Shown: positions 26,701-39,578, numbered from the whole stretch's first letter. The stretch: 61,807 bases of DNA, filler included, from Choristocarpus tenellus KU-1152 (GCA_964200185.2; 8 parts of 8 records of this genome joined end to end with filler, not necessarily neighbours in it), one strand, 5' to 3'. Program-made: numbers and translations. The notes: generated by a model from the sequence alone, not told the origin.

Positions 26701-29700
26701 CACATACCTTGCGAACAGAGCACAAGGTGTAGGACACAAGGGTTTTATTGCGTTGTAACAGAGTGTAGTGCGCAAATGATCATCTTGTCTTATCACGCTC
26801 TGCTTTCCCCTTGTGGCAGCACACCAACAAGCTACTCTCTATTCCACGTGGAACACCTCCAGTTCACCACGCTAAATCTCTGAAAGTGTTTCTGGAAGAA
26901 TGATATTGCGTCAGGAATGTGGCATCAAATACCTGTACTAAACAAGTCAACTGCACCCCTTGATTTATTTTGTGAAGTATATAAAAATGGACCTTGAACA
27001 CTGTGGATGTGCACCTGCCGATTCTTTCGGTCCCAGAAAATATGGTTGACTGTTGTGAAGGCAAGAATACCTTGTTTTGAATTATTACGTTTTGGTAGTG
27101 TTATCTAGAAAAGGACAATGAGAGTCTACTTGATCCTACTTGCAGCACTAACCCTAAACACTGACACTTTTATGAGTTGAAACCACCAGTTCAACCCAAA
27201 TTTGGATACACTCATCATCCCCACAAAACCTCATCAATTTTTGTTCTGTCTGGTTGGAGGCTGTATATGCATTGGCTATCACCTATCGTGAAAAAGAGGA
27301 TAGTAATACTTGTTGTCCAATATTAGTAGGGGATGATCAGTATAGTAGCTTAGGAAGATGGCCTAGTACTCCCGGCTCGTCCTTACTGTTGACCTCTGCA
27401 TCATCCTTTGTCGGAAAAATTCATATCAGCGTTTCATCCCTGCGAGTACTTTTGAACTCACCAAATGGCTGTGAGGATCACTCTCGCACTCCCACGTGTC
27501 ATCTCTGGATAGACCCTGGTGACAAGCCACACTGGTCTCATTCAGAGGCGATGATGCATTGGCCACCTGTTGGTATTTTTTTGCACAGTATGTTACTGTG
27601 CACAATATGTATATAAGTACAACATAGTGCATTGATGTGCTCAGCCTATACTCCCCTCCATTCTTCACTATCTGTCTGCCCCAGCTTCTGATTGAAGCAA
27701 GTACAATTTGCACATTGGCAGCATTAAAAAGGTATGGACTTTCTTTGCGTGTCTAGTGAAAGCAACAGACTAAAAACGGATCTATGTCATCCCAATATCT
27801 GCAAATCCTCGCGAATTTCTTGGGGCTGCAGATTGAGCATGGGGTATACTGGAGCCTCTCTCTTATATTATATTTCTCACTAGTGTGTAGTTCCTAAATT
27901 TGTTTCATTTGTTCGAGTCAACAGATAGCTTTGCAACAGACCAGAGGCCTATAATAAGGGCAATCAATGAGCACAGCAGAATTGAGCTGGCCGTCGGTGA
28001 AAGATGAACAATTCATCAAGCCTATTTTCCTCCTCACCACCGAAAAAACCTCAGCAGAAACAAAGTAGGTTGGATCCTGTGTCCCAAACTCCAGATTATG
28101 GGGAAGTTCACGATTCCACTCATCGAATGGGAGAGGTGGATCTGCTATCCGAGCCCCCGAGCGACGGATGGACAGCAACAAAGGGTCTCCGCACTCCAAG
28201 CATCCCTGCTCATTGCACCTTTCAATTTTATCGACTTTTCTGTTGGAGGTCTTGACATTTACGTGCACCTTTCAATTTTATCGACTTTTCTGTTGGAGGT
28301 CTCAACATTTACGTGTTGTCATTGACAGCAATTTTTCACGAAATTCCAAAGGCATCAAATTTGGACTGGCACTCTCTCTGTCGCGGCTTAGATTCGGGTG
28401 TCGTATTCCATTACAACCCAAATGTTGTTGACGATGAGGAGGACATACTCATACCTCCCCACACATCTTGTACAAAATTGTTCACCTGGTGCACCGTGGG
28501 TCATGCTTGTGGCATGGTAGACACCTGCCCTGCCCTTCTCCCTCCGAGTCACTGACATAGTATCCATTTTCGCAGGATTGGCAGACATTCTCAGTGCAAC
28601 TCTTGCACAGCGAACCGAACAAGGACGAGCAAAGGAGGCTGGAGCAGTCTTCCCCAACTCGGTGTGAAAAGCAGGAGCATGTGCCATTGATGGGGTGGCA
28701 TATGCCTGCCCCGCTGCAGTCATTGGGGCAAAGCTGCAGGTGGGACGGTATGGAGTTACTCGGTTAAGAGGAGGAGGATTACTCTCATTAGCATATGTAG
28801 TTCCTGTTCTAAAAAAACACGCATTCTGAGACGCTAGATATTTGAGCTGAGAAAACAAACAAAATTTGAACCTATCTAAAGTATTGATATAACCTACAGT
28901 TACGATTCAAGTTGCCTAAACCTGTTTGTGTTATACTTACTTAAAGAGTACTTCTCGTTTTTGTTGCTGCATTTTCAAGGATGGCACTGGGATGCTTTTA
29001 TTGTGGGCCATAGGTGGGGCAAGAAGTGCAGCAAAGAGTTGCTTGCCTACATTTTTTGTTTGCCATAGTGACAACTACTGTCTTTGTCACTATCCCCTGC
29101 ACCATTGTGTAGAGTCAGTCGGAATCCAAGTGTTGGGCTACATATTTATTTGACATATACATTGATACATGATCGCACCATTGATTCTCTTCAACTTTTC
29201 TTGTGCCTACCCTACCATCCACCAAAATGGTACAGTAATATATCCTAACAATGAGCTCAATTCTTTGTTCATTTCATCTACTTTTCATCCCCTCCCCACC
29301 CTCTTGCCTTTCAGCCTCAAACGCACCAGCCTCGGGTAGCAAAGATTTCCTTCCATAAAGTGGGTGTTAGTACAGTCTGCGCAAGAGATTCCCTGATACC
29401 CCTTGTTGCAAAAGCACGTCCCTGAACGCCTGTCGCAATATCCATGGTCCTTGCTCATACAATAGTATCGCCCATCACCCAATGGCCCAACCATCCCGGG
29501 ACAAATTTCTGCGGGTTCCCGAGCAAGCAAAGGGTGGCATGTTGTGAGTACAATCAAAAGATGACCCAAGGGCTCTTTATTTTAACTACTTGAAGTTCAT
29601 TTGTTCTAAAAGGACATCTCTGATTCTCGAAACTTGTGCATGTGGCATTGATGAGATGAAGATGGTAAGCTTCATTCTCTCTGGTTTTTCTGGTGAAAAT

Positions 29701-30198
29701 AGCAGTTGATACCTCAAACACCCTCAAATGCACTCGGATGTGTAGATTGCCAAGCTAAACCGCAAACATTGGTCATACTGGCCTTGGAGGTTCCACCAAC
29801 GAAGAAAATCCGTCGAAGCATGGGAGGAGTTAGGTTGAGTGAAATAGTGCAAATTGGATGCCTGCCTGGATATTAGTCTGATACTGCAGCGCTTCCTCAC
29901 GTCTGGCATTGACGCCTTCGTACTGTCTAGGATAAGAGGCTGTGCTTGGTGCCCCCTCGTTGATCCTGTCGCTGGTGAAGGTGGTGAATGGGTCGCCATA
30001 CTTCCCCACAAAACCCTCCTCGTAAGGAGCAAATGGTTCAATTGTGCCATTCTCGCTGACAACTCGGAAACCATCGATGAGCCCAACTAATAGTCCGAGC
30101 GAGAGCAGAGTGAGTAGGCAAAGTCCTCGCACAGATTGGTCCTGAGGTAGATACTTTTTGTGATTGACTGTATTTCTCCATATCAAAAGTGCACACAT
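20724..30198 (-). CDS. Secreted multidomain protein: EGF-like/Cys-rich repeats, Calx-beta, filamin-type Ig repeats, PA14 (3' end cut by contig)
   Basis: Exons ~29860-30198 (hydrophobic signal-like stretch; start and donor uncertain), 29327-29508, 28486-28733, 28038-28218, 27462-27566, 26505-26707, 25622-26003, 25355-25444, 24713-24828, 23320-23589, 22534-22620, 21239-21376, 20724-21012, phase-consistent from the second exon on. Motifs: [21 protein letters not shown]; [11 protein letters not shown]; [13 protein letters not shown]...[17 protein letters not shown]; DEGNGNY; [19 protein letters not shown]...LEYRE; ISGSPF; PRDSFGN. Confidence 0.88.
23700..23885. mobile_element. Partial GRG-family MITE, intronic
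   Basis: AAGCATCTTAGAGGGTACGAGTTT... homologous to the 32888 and 52931 copies. Confidence 0.7.
28214..28315. repeat. 50-bp tandem duplication spanning a splice acceptor
   Basis: TGCACCTTTCAATTTTATCGACTTTTCTGTTGGAGGTCT..ACATTTACG twice, with 2 mismatches. Confidence 0.92.
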
Positions 30199-30518
30199 TT
30201 TCGCCCCCTTCCACTCTCCTGTGCAGGCCCTTAGTTAATGCATATCCGACTGCTGGTAAGGGAGTCGGGAAATCATAGACTGTGTTGGGAGTATTTTTTC
30301 TTCATCACCTCTTCTTACAACCTTCCACATTTCAGGATTTCGTGATAATCAATCTACCACTTTGGAGATGCATTCGGTTTCACCGCCAAGAAATCCCAAC
30401 ACAAAACCAAAACCTGTAACGGCTTTCATGAACTAGGAAGACGAGGTTGCACTGTGTCGTCGTAAAGCAGGCCGGCAGGCCTTTACTTTGTGTCAAAAAA
30501 TATCAGCTCGGCGTTGCT
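30199..30518. promoter_or_regulatory. Probable bidirectional promoter
   Basis: About 320 bp between divergent ORF starts, with CpG-retaining flanks. No specific motif identified. Confidence 0.45.
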
Positions 30519-32693
30519 ATGAGCCATGGGAAAACGAAAGGGAATCGAGGAGGGGGGAGCGCAGGTGCTGTAGGAGCGCATGCTGGCGGGGGAAGCATAT
30601 ATGGGCGCGAAGAGGTCTCCACTCTGAGAGGTATCTTCAGTCTATACGATGCCGAAAATACTGGGACTATTGCATTGGGCGAGTTGGAGGGGATCCTACA
30701 GAAAGTCGGGCATGAGCCTGGTGAGTAATGAACATATTTCCTCGGGATGAGTGATACATCTATTGTGTGTCCAGAAAAAAAGCAATATTTCACAGTACAT
30801 TCATTTCTTGACAAAAAATTGGGCATTTTGCTGTGAAGGCTACCGAGTAAGGTGGGTGACGCTCTGCTACTCTGCTGTATTGTAATGAAACTTGGTTTCC
30901 TTGGTGCTTCAGATGATGTGGAGCGCATCATGGCAAAGGCGGTAGAAACGCAGCTGGCGAAGGATGATCGAGTAACATTTGATGATTTCATCAGATTGCT
31001 TGAGCAGGCAGGACCTGCTGGTCCACTGGAGGGGCCTGACCCAAAGGTGAGGAGAGGGGATGAAGAATTCTTCAAGTCTATCGTTCCCAAAGGTCTAGGA
31101 CGAACCACTGATTGAAGTGCTGGCCATGTATGGGCAGTGCTGAAGGTTCAAATTTCGAGATTGACTCCTTTTCTGTCAATCACAAATACCTATCTATACC
31201 ACCTGTAAAACTAAAGTGCAGCATAACATACGCACGTCTATAGAATGAAATAGGGAGATGAAGATATTGAAACGAGAATTCTTTACCACCCCTTCCTGCA
31301 ATCACCAGGCGCGACCTATCTCAACTGATGCACCAACTACCTTGGAAACCTTGTCCTACTCTACTCCTCTCAGCTCGACGTCACCAAGCATTGATATGCT
31401 CTCGCATGGGCAAACCTTGCCCCTATAAAATTGCCATGCATAAATTCTGTTGGCTTAAACTGTAAGGTGATGGAGTTCCTCAGGATTCTGGAGGAGTATC
31501 GCCTGAAGTGCGAGGAGGGGGGGGATTACCTGGAGGCTGGGAGAGCACAACGCCAGTTGGAGGTGTTGCGTCGGCAGGAGACACGCCGCCAGCAGAAAGC
31601 TGTGAGGGCAAGGCAGCTCAGTGAGCGCCAGGATGTGCAGGTAGTGAAAGATTTACGTGATAGCACAGCCTGAGAGAAGAGTGTATTTTCCCCTGAAATG
31701 CAGTGTAAGAAAATAGTAATCCATGAGTGTTGTGAATAGGGTAAGTATTGTAGGGAGTTCCTCGGTGAGTTATATGCAGACACTATTCTCGAGGTGCATT
31801 GTGCAGTGTGACACTGTTGGTCTGGACTATACAGGACTATGTGGTTGTGTGATGTATTTTACGTACGAGGTAAAGTTGCCAGGTGCGATACTACAGGTGA
31901 GCAACATTGACCATGAAGACAGATCCAAAGTATCTAAAAGGTGCATCTGATTTGGGCTATATGGGAGCAGTTCTGGTGTGAAACATTGTGGGGTCTTCAT
32001 TCTGCGGTCAGTACCCTTTTCTAGGTGATCTTAATGTCTCAACCAATATCTCAAAATGTAGATGGCATTACAGAGCACAGGGTATGATGTGGTTTCTTTT
32101 GGAGGACATCATTATTTCCAGGGCACACTCCCAAAATAGTTCAGTGTACAGAACTGTATCTTCTACTCCATTAATCTCTTGCTTACCACATTTAAAGTGC
32201 TCCGGACACATTACTACTGCAGCTGCACTGTTTTTTGGGGCGATTGTCGGTTTCCTTTCCACTCTTTTAATTCCCTACTATTCCCCTTCCTCCTACTATC
32301 ATCATTACTCTATTCCTATCAATATTTCTTCATTTGCAATGCTCCTATCACTCCTGTCATTCCCATTACTCTCCTTATTCCTAATATTAATATCAACCTC
32401 TTTCAAAATTTCAAACCCTGCCCCATCCCTAATATACACATTTCCCACACCTTTCGCACTGGTGTTGCTGCTGCACTTGTCCCTGCCCCTGTCTGTGGTT
32501 TGATACAACTCAGGTGGCTCACAACATGCAGTTCCAGGACTTCAATGCAGCATGGAACAAGTACCTAGAGGAGTACGATCGCATGGCACAGATGTACATT
32601 CAGCAGATGACGGAGAGGCATGCTGTGGGCCTGTTAGATTATCAGCAGAAAATGCAGCAGGACCTCAAGGACAAGCTGCCAAAGTGGTCAAAG
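30519..32693 (+). CDS. EF-hand plus coiled-coil conserved protein (3' end missing)
   Basis: Exons 30519-30720, 30913-31046, 31467-31640, 32514-32693: LRGIFSLYDAENTGTIALGELEGIL (EF loop), RVTFDDFIRLL, FLRILEEYRLKCEEGGDYLEAG..., FQDFNAAWNKYLEEYD...PKWSK. Confidence 0.88.
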
Positions 32694-32887
32694 GTTAGGG
32701 TCAGGGGTTAAGGCGTGTCTGAAGGTTTAAAGAAAATTGATATTTTTGTTGGGGCAAGACGCATCGTATCTTCACGTACGGAAATCGGCGATATCATTTT
32801 TTTTTACGTCACTGCAGAAAGCTTGCTTTCGACATACATGTTTTGCTAAATCAATACTGAAATATAATTAACAAAAAAAAATGAAAA

Positions 32888-33153
32888 GAGTGAAAGTATC
32901 TTATTAAGAGAGGGTACGAGTATTGCCCCGTTTGGGCATTTGGGGCTTTGCCCTCCCTCGGGTTTTTTAGTGACATTTTCCTACTCTAAAATATTTCGGA
33001 GTTGGTAAAACGTATACGTTATGAAAAGGTGTGTCAGGAACAAGGATATTGACACTTCCTAACAAACACAAGAGCCAAAATACATAAAAGTTGTAACATT
33101 GGATTTTGGCCCCCAACATGGATGGGGCCTTACCCTCTAAGATACTTTGGCTC
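32888..33153. mobile_element. GRG-family MITE, full copy
   Basis: AAAA|GAGTGAAAGTATCTTA ... CCCTCTAAGATACTTTGGCTC|AAAG. Confidence 0.78.
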
Positions 33154-33783
33154 AAAGCAATCCCCCTCTCCCAAGGATTGGAGGATCGATATCTAAACAT
33201 CACCTGAAATATATGGAGTCATATATTAGTACCTCTACGTAGCAATGTCCAGGGTTCACAGAACACAAGCTGAGCAAGTGCAAATAGGAGAGTGCTCCAA
33301 TTAAATGTTGTGGCTTGTGGAGGGAGGCATCAGTTCAAGAAGTACACTGCCGCCATTCCATATCTACGTCCTATTATATTGATGTTGTAAGGTTGTTTCT
33401 TATATAGGACCTCGTTTTTTTGAGTTGTGCACATGAAGAAGATCTTCTTTCAAGAAAATGGAAAAAAGAGAACATAACGAGAAACATTTTTGTTGGAATG
33501 GATGGCTGTCATTGGTGAAGGAGCAAACCATGGATATTGACTGTTTGCCAATCAATCAACATATTTGACCTTCCGATTTCTGACATGTCCTCACTCACAT
33601 CCACCGCTCACAAAGAAGAAAAACGGCTCAAAATATCTGGGTGGGTGGAGGGGGGAGTGTCCATTCGGGGCCCATTTTTTCATGCCGCAGTTATTGTGTT
33701 ATTTAGTTGCATGTGTTGGATGGATAATGTAAGTGCACATCTCTCAGTCAGGGCCCGAATGGACACCCTGGTATAGACCCCCC

Positions 33784-33817
<34 letters not shown>

Positions 33818-33836
33818 CCCCTTCTTTTTTCACCTC

Positions 33837-33936
33837 NNNNNNNNNNNNNNNNNNNNNNNNNNNNNNNNNNNNNNNNNNNNTTAATTAATTAANNNNNNNN
33901 NNNNNNNNNNNNNNNNNNNNNNNNNNNNNNNNNNNN
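33837..33936. other. Artificial contig spacer
   Basis: N44-TTAATTAATTAA-N44. Confidence 0.98.
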
Positions 33937-34324
33937 AAGCTCAGTGACTGTGGCGGTGGCTCATCAGTCCCCCGTGAAGTCACGACCCCCCCCCCCAAGA
34001 GATCCTTTCTATTGTCCCTTGGAAATTGGACAGGTTTGGGGGCTCCGCGCTCGGCCTCTTGCGAACCCTTTAACCGAAGTGGTGTGGGTAGTGTTAGGGT
34101 TGGCATCGTACATCCCGGGGCAAAGAGGAGAGAAGAGGAGGGCAGAGACGGGGGAGGGGGAGGAGTAAGGAGGGAAGAGGGTGTGAGGGTTGATAGTATG
34201 CGGCATGGCCTTCACAAGTGGATAAAGTCTTCGTTGGGCAGGGGGAGGGGGGAGGGGGGGGGGCGGACTTGGTCACCTTCCTCTGCTGCCCAAACTAGCC
34301 TCAGCTCTAGTGTGNNNNNNNNNN

Positions 34325-34364
<40 letters not shown>

Positions 34365-34400
34365 GGGGTGGGGGGGGGCGGCCGTCGAAGGGGTGGAGGT

Positions 34401-34439
<39 letters not shown>

Positions 34440-34979
34440 CGGACTTGGTCACCTTCCTCTGCTGCCCAAACTAGCCTCAGCTCTAGTGTGGGTTCCGTGC
34501 GGAGGTGGCCAAGGGATGGATCTGCCTCACCTCTAAGTGTTGCTGAGAGGGGGGCTGTTGTTGATCGTGACTGTGACTTCAGGCGGACGGGGGGAGAAGT
34601 GCTCTGTCTTAGTAGTACCCTTAGTAGTACCCTGCCAGTGGATTGTGGTGATAGGGAGGCAGCCACTTTGGGGGAGGGGCGGGGGGCGTTCCGTTCACTC
34701 AGGAACGAGGTGAAGATCGTCGATGAGGAGAAGTGTGGTCTTGATGAAGAGGCGGTGGAAGGGGCTGAGAAAACGCCTTCTTGTGGAAGTGCCAAGGGTG
34801 GGGATTTGATTGTTCCGAGTCAGAGGAAAGAGAGACGTGTGCAAAGAATGACAAGCAGCAAGGACGGTGGCGAAGAGGCTGCCCCAGAGCTGGGATGCCG
34901 ACTACAGAAGAGGCTGGCTGATTTTCCACGAGGCGCGGAGCCGCAACAGATAAACTCAGTTTCCAGTCAACAGAGGTGA
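33937..34979 (+). CDS. Large low-complexity (G/S/R/E-rich) terminal exon of unknown gene
   Basis: One open frame from the contig start to TGA at 34979 once the duplicated overlap, N10 and poly-G (34315-34490) are collapsed. No recognisable domain. Confidence 0.55.
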
Positions 34980-35820
34980 GATGTTCAGTGGCAGTGCTCC
35001 TCGGCTGTGGCGCTCTGGGGCTGCCCTGCATTGAATCTGGCATTTCCCACATCCTTTCTTTTTTGAAGTGGAGTTTTTGTTGAGGGATTGATTTTGCGAT
35101 GAAAGTCGAGTCGACCCAGTTTGCTTGTTTGTTTGTTTGTTTGTTTGTTTGTTTTCCCCTGTGTGTTTTGTTATAATATTATGTACGTGCAGATTTGACC
35201 TGTGAGGGGGTGCCATGTGTTCCTGTCAGATACTGTTTTACTCGCAATATTTTGTTTTTATTTGATGAAATATGCCTTCCTTACGCGACTGCAACCCAAG
35301 AACAACATTAGCAAAAATAATAATAATAATAACATCAACACAAGTTGTAAGCCTTGAACAATTTTTTTTTTTGTGCTTGTGAGAGGTACTGATCGCACCG
35401 CGTCCTCTCCTCTGTTCCTACCTGTAAAAAAAACAAAAAAAACATCAACAACGACAACAACTTACTTGTTTCTACCCCCATTCCCCCATTCCCCCATCCC
35501 ACCACCCCATCCCGTCTGCCTGGACTATCAATGAGGAAGGGATTCCAGCGATGCTTGGTTTGAAGCGATGGCGAAAAGGTCAACAGGACCGCAATCTTCA
35601 ATTGAGAAATTTTTGGCTCCTGTTATTCCTACTTCCATGGAGATAGGGACCGAATAGATTTTCGGTTGGGGGGCTGGGGAGGGGAGGGGGGTGATCTCGC
35701 CCCTTCTTCTGGCGTGTGATTTTTTTGTTGATCACCTTGATCGTTAGTTTAGCTCAGCCCGTGTGTGGAGTTGCATCATCAGTGCTTACTTTTTTCTTTT
35801 TTTTATTCAATTTTGGAGGA

Positions 35821-35844
35821 AGGGTTAGGGTTAGGGTTAGGGTT
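35821..35844 (+). repeat. Short interstitial TTAGGG repeat
   Basis: AGGG(TTAGGG)3TT. Confidence 0.7.
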
Positions 35845-37730
35845 TGAGGCGCATTTGTGCGTGTTTGTGTGAGGATAGGATTGGGGTTTTAGAGGGGGAA
35901 CGTTTGTTAGTGCGGATTATAGCAAATTAAAAATCTAGTTGGACGAAAAAAAAATAATTCTGAAACTTGATCAGAATAAAAAAATTAAGGTCTTTTTGGG
36001 GGGGGCAGAGATAGTATAGGCCTTATACTATTACTTCAAGCATGTGGTACTTAGCACGATCAACTGTCCCATTGTTACTTGGGACTGTCAGTAATAGACT
36101 CTTTTGATCTTTTTTTTGTTATTGTAGTGAGTGGAGGTAAAGAGCAGGAAGCACGAACAAGTGTCACGTGCACCATGGTGGTGACCGTTGCTGCTTCATT
36201 TTTGTGTAAGATTAACTTCTTGTTGAGACTTCAGGATAGCGAAATTAAGAATTTAATTGTTTTTTAATTTTTGTACTTCATCAACTACCACTTTTTTGTA
36301 CTCTAGTAGTAGTTGACGTTTTTGATGATTCAATTGAGTGTTCGTTCGGCCATTTTTGTTGATGACGTAGTGGGACCCCCCATTTTTTTTTTTCTTGTGG
36401 GCACCAAAAAGGGGCTTGCAGTCGTATCCTGCCAATAATTATCTTGGCTGAGGGACACTGGGGAGTTAGTTGAATGTTGTATAGTTCATGCCCAAGCACT
36501 ATTCATGAGCTGGGCAGCGAAGGGTAGCTGAAGTTAGTATAGTTCAGCCCTGAGGCACTCTTCCCCCCCTGCTTCTGGGCGGTCACACGCCTGACTGGCA
36601 CAGATCTAGGCCTGTAAGAAGGAGTGGAGTGCAGTGCACAGCGCGCGCTGGGCCCTGGATAATTGTGTAACAGCAAATCTCTGTTTCCTGTGTTTTATGT
36701 ATCTTTGAATTAATCTTATTACAATCAGCATCGCATCTTTGAATTGACAACTGATTTTGAGCACCCAGTGCCCAGGACTGTTCATTTTCTTTTATCTACC
36801 AGTCCAACTGTCCAACTGGCCAACTGGCACCTGACCTGGTCGCATTCCAGCACCATGCGCCAGCCATTCTGAATGAGCGTGTTTGTATATGCGGATAAAG
36901 GCAAAAAAAAAAAAAATTAACCCTTATTTTATTTGAAGAGCTTGTTTTTGACAGGATGAATTAGTGTGCAAGGTATGTAGCGATCACTCTCATGGTTTTT
37001 CCTGGTTCCTTGTGAAATATGGACTGGGTAATAGGGACGTTCCGATCGATCTGTCAGCCAAGCACAGTTTTATCAGGGTGTGAAACACCATGACTGGCTA
37101 TATGGTCCTTGCCAAGCCCCTGCCAAGCGAAGGACTGCCCAATGCGTAGTACAACTATGGGCGGACTATGAAGTTTTAAGTTTTGTAGGAATGGAGAGCT
37201 TTCGCGTTGTTGTCAGTGTGACACATTTGGACACATTTGGACGAGACGTGGCTACAAACATGTAACAAAGAACCTTTATCTGCCGTGTCATTGTGACAGC
37301 GAGGATAAATTAAGTCTTTTGCGATTGTCCCTCTCAGTTGCACATACCACAAAATTTACGAAGTCGAAATGTACAAGCCGTCTCTTGAATGGATGTTCTG
37401 GACGTACCGATTTCTGTTGCTTATTGTGGACAACCGTGTACGGGATCCCCCCCAAAATGTGAAGAGCGTGGTAAATGCCGAGAACTACTTGCATGAGGAC
37501 AATCTAAGCGATTGGTTTTCCCCCCTGATACATCTGAGAAATATCCGAGGGCATAATAATATAACTTAAGTGATACCATCTGTGAAAATACTTGGTACAA
37601 GAGGCGAAACTATTCTAAAATAGAAATGTATTTTCCTACCGCTTCAAATCACTACAGAAACAGAAGGGAGGGGGTTAGTAGGGCAATGTTGTACACCTCT
37701 ATCCTGATGCTACTGAAATCGAAAAATAAA

Positions 37731-38266
37731 GGGTAGTGAACAAGAATGGGTGTATGCCCTCATGTTGACAGGTAGAACACCCCTTGTCTACTTTCCAAGT
37801 CGCTCACCCGTTTCCGCCCACTTTTGCTTAAATTTGTACCTTATTTCGTCTATTGTGCATACCCTGACAGAACAATACAATCCTTCCATCTGACACACAG
37901 AAGCTGACCTTGGACATCAGGACGTCTTCAAGCAAGATCCAAATCAATCAGGATGAGGATGAGAATTTGGAACGTGTGGGATGCGTGGTGGGACGGAAGG
38001 ATATATTGTTCATCCAATTAGAGTACTTACAATGATGGGCAAAAATAGGTACAAATATTAGAAGAAAAAGCAATCGAAAACGGGTAACCGACGCGGAAAG
38101 TAGACAAGGTGTGTCGTACCTGTCAACATGGGGGCGACAACGGGTCTAGGTTGATATTAGGTAAGGGTGTTGTTACAAAAGGCCCCATTATCCAACTTGT
38201 TTTCGACTATACCTGTTTTTGACCCAAAATGACATAGGCATACACACCCATTCTTGTCCACTACTC
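37731..38266. mobile_element. MITE with long imperfect TIRs (GGG...CTC termini)
   Basis: GGGTAGTGAACAAGAATGGGTGTATGCC..CATGTTGACAGGTA..CCTTGTCTACTTTCC is mirrored by GGAAAGTAGACAAGG..TACCTGTCAACATG and ACACCCATTCTTGTCCACTACTC. The right arm has an insertion of about 100 bp. Confidence 0.75.
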
Positions 38267-39043
38267 AAGAATAAACTAGGAACAAGCAACTCGTACCGAT
38301 ATTCACACGTTCGACAAATCAAACGCGTTTTGTGGCATACAAAACAACTTCCAACGAATCAGTTCCTGTTTCCTGTCATAATTCTGAGTTTCACACGATG
38401 CGCGTCCTAACAAATAAAATATCTCAAGGTTTTAAGACTTTCAATTGTGGATCCGAACCATTCATATTTGAAAGAGAGGTGTGGGACAAATGTGAAAGTT
38501 TATGAAGTAATCTGAATTTTGTGGGCGGAAGAATTCTGGTTGGCTGGGGGCACAGGACAAGGAAGGGTAGAGAAAAGAATAAGAAGTAAGCAAGAAGGGA
38601 AAGAATAGATAAGGATTGACTGGCTAAGAGAGGGGGGAGAAAGGTTAAAAGAAATGAGTGGTAGGAAGAGGGAAGGGGAAAGAATGGTCAGTATCTAATA
38701 AGAGGGCTGAGAACAAGGGGTACAGGACAAGGAGGGCGAGAACAAGACAACCTCCAAGCAAGCTCTCCAGCCCACCCACCCTGTCGCTTGCTCACGACCG
38801 ACGGGAACACTGGGAAAGGGAGGGGAGGTCAAGTTCGGGCGGGGTAGATGTCTTCTAGCTCAAAGGCACGGTATGAAGTGGATGATGAAGGGTTGTTGTT
38901 ATAGGATGATTGTGGAGTGGTTTTGAGTGGTGTGGTTGTGTGGAGTGGTAACTACTGTGGGGTTGAGGGGAGTGGTAACTTGTGTGAGGTTGAAGGGTGG
39001 GGGGGGTGACTGGAAATCAGTGACGAAGGGGGGTTCGCCCTGG

Positions 39044-39143
39044 NNNNNNNNNNNNNNNNNNNNNNNNNNNNNNNNNNNNNNNNNNNNTTAATTAATTAAN
39101 NNNNNNNNNNNNNNNNNNNNNNNNNNNNNNNNNNNNNNNNNNN
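39044..39143. other. Artificial contig spacer
   Basis: N44-TTAATTAATTAA-N44. Confidence 0.98.
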
Positions 39144-39503
39144 ATGCAAAGCAGTGGGATATCTGTAATTTTTTTGTCATAACCCCCCCCCCTCCCCTGT
39201 CATATCCTTCTATCTCTGTAGTTACTGCATCAAGAGATTTATACACATTAATACAAAAAAAACAGAAGTCTGTCTCACACCTTAACAGCGGTCCCCCTAT
39301 CAACAGCACATTAAAAAAAAAGAAGTTTCATTAGATTCTGCAATAACAACACAAAACAAAAGGATAATCGATTAACCCTACTGACTATTTAGAAAAAAAG
39401 TCCAAACACATGGGTCCATTCCGTTAGTCAATGATAATAAAAAAACCCATCTTCTCTTGTATCGCATCACTCCTGTCGTGAACATAGAACTCACTCCCTT
39501 GAA

Positions 39504-39511
<8 letters not shown>

Positions 39512-39575
<64 letters not shown>
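39512..39575. repeat. (AG)n microsatellite
   Basis: Seen directly. Confidence 0.95.

Positions 39576-39578
<3 letters not shown>

Noticed and set aside
30503-31108. Long antisense ORFs (201 aa here; 274 aa at 44028-44852)
   Set aside because: Antisense shadows of real exons crossing introns, with no recognisable protein features.
33141-33162. CTTTG-GCT-CAAAG palindromic junction as a recombinase site
   Set aside because: More simply a MITE end followed by its AAA(A/G) target duplication.
34262-34490. Formin-like polyproline ORF and 53-bp direct repeat
   Set aside because: Duplicated overlap around an N10 gap with noisy poly-G; most likely a sequencing/scaffolding artefact.
35821-35844. Telomere
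   Set aside because: Only about 4 units and internal to the contig.
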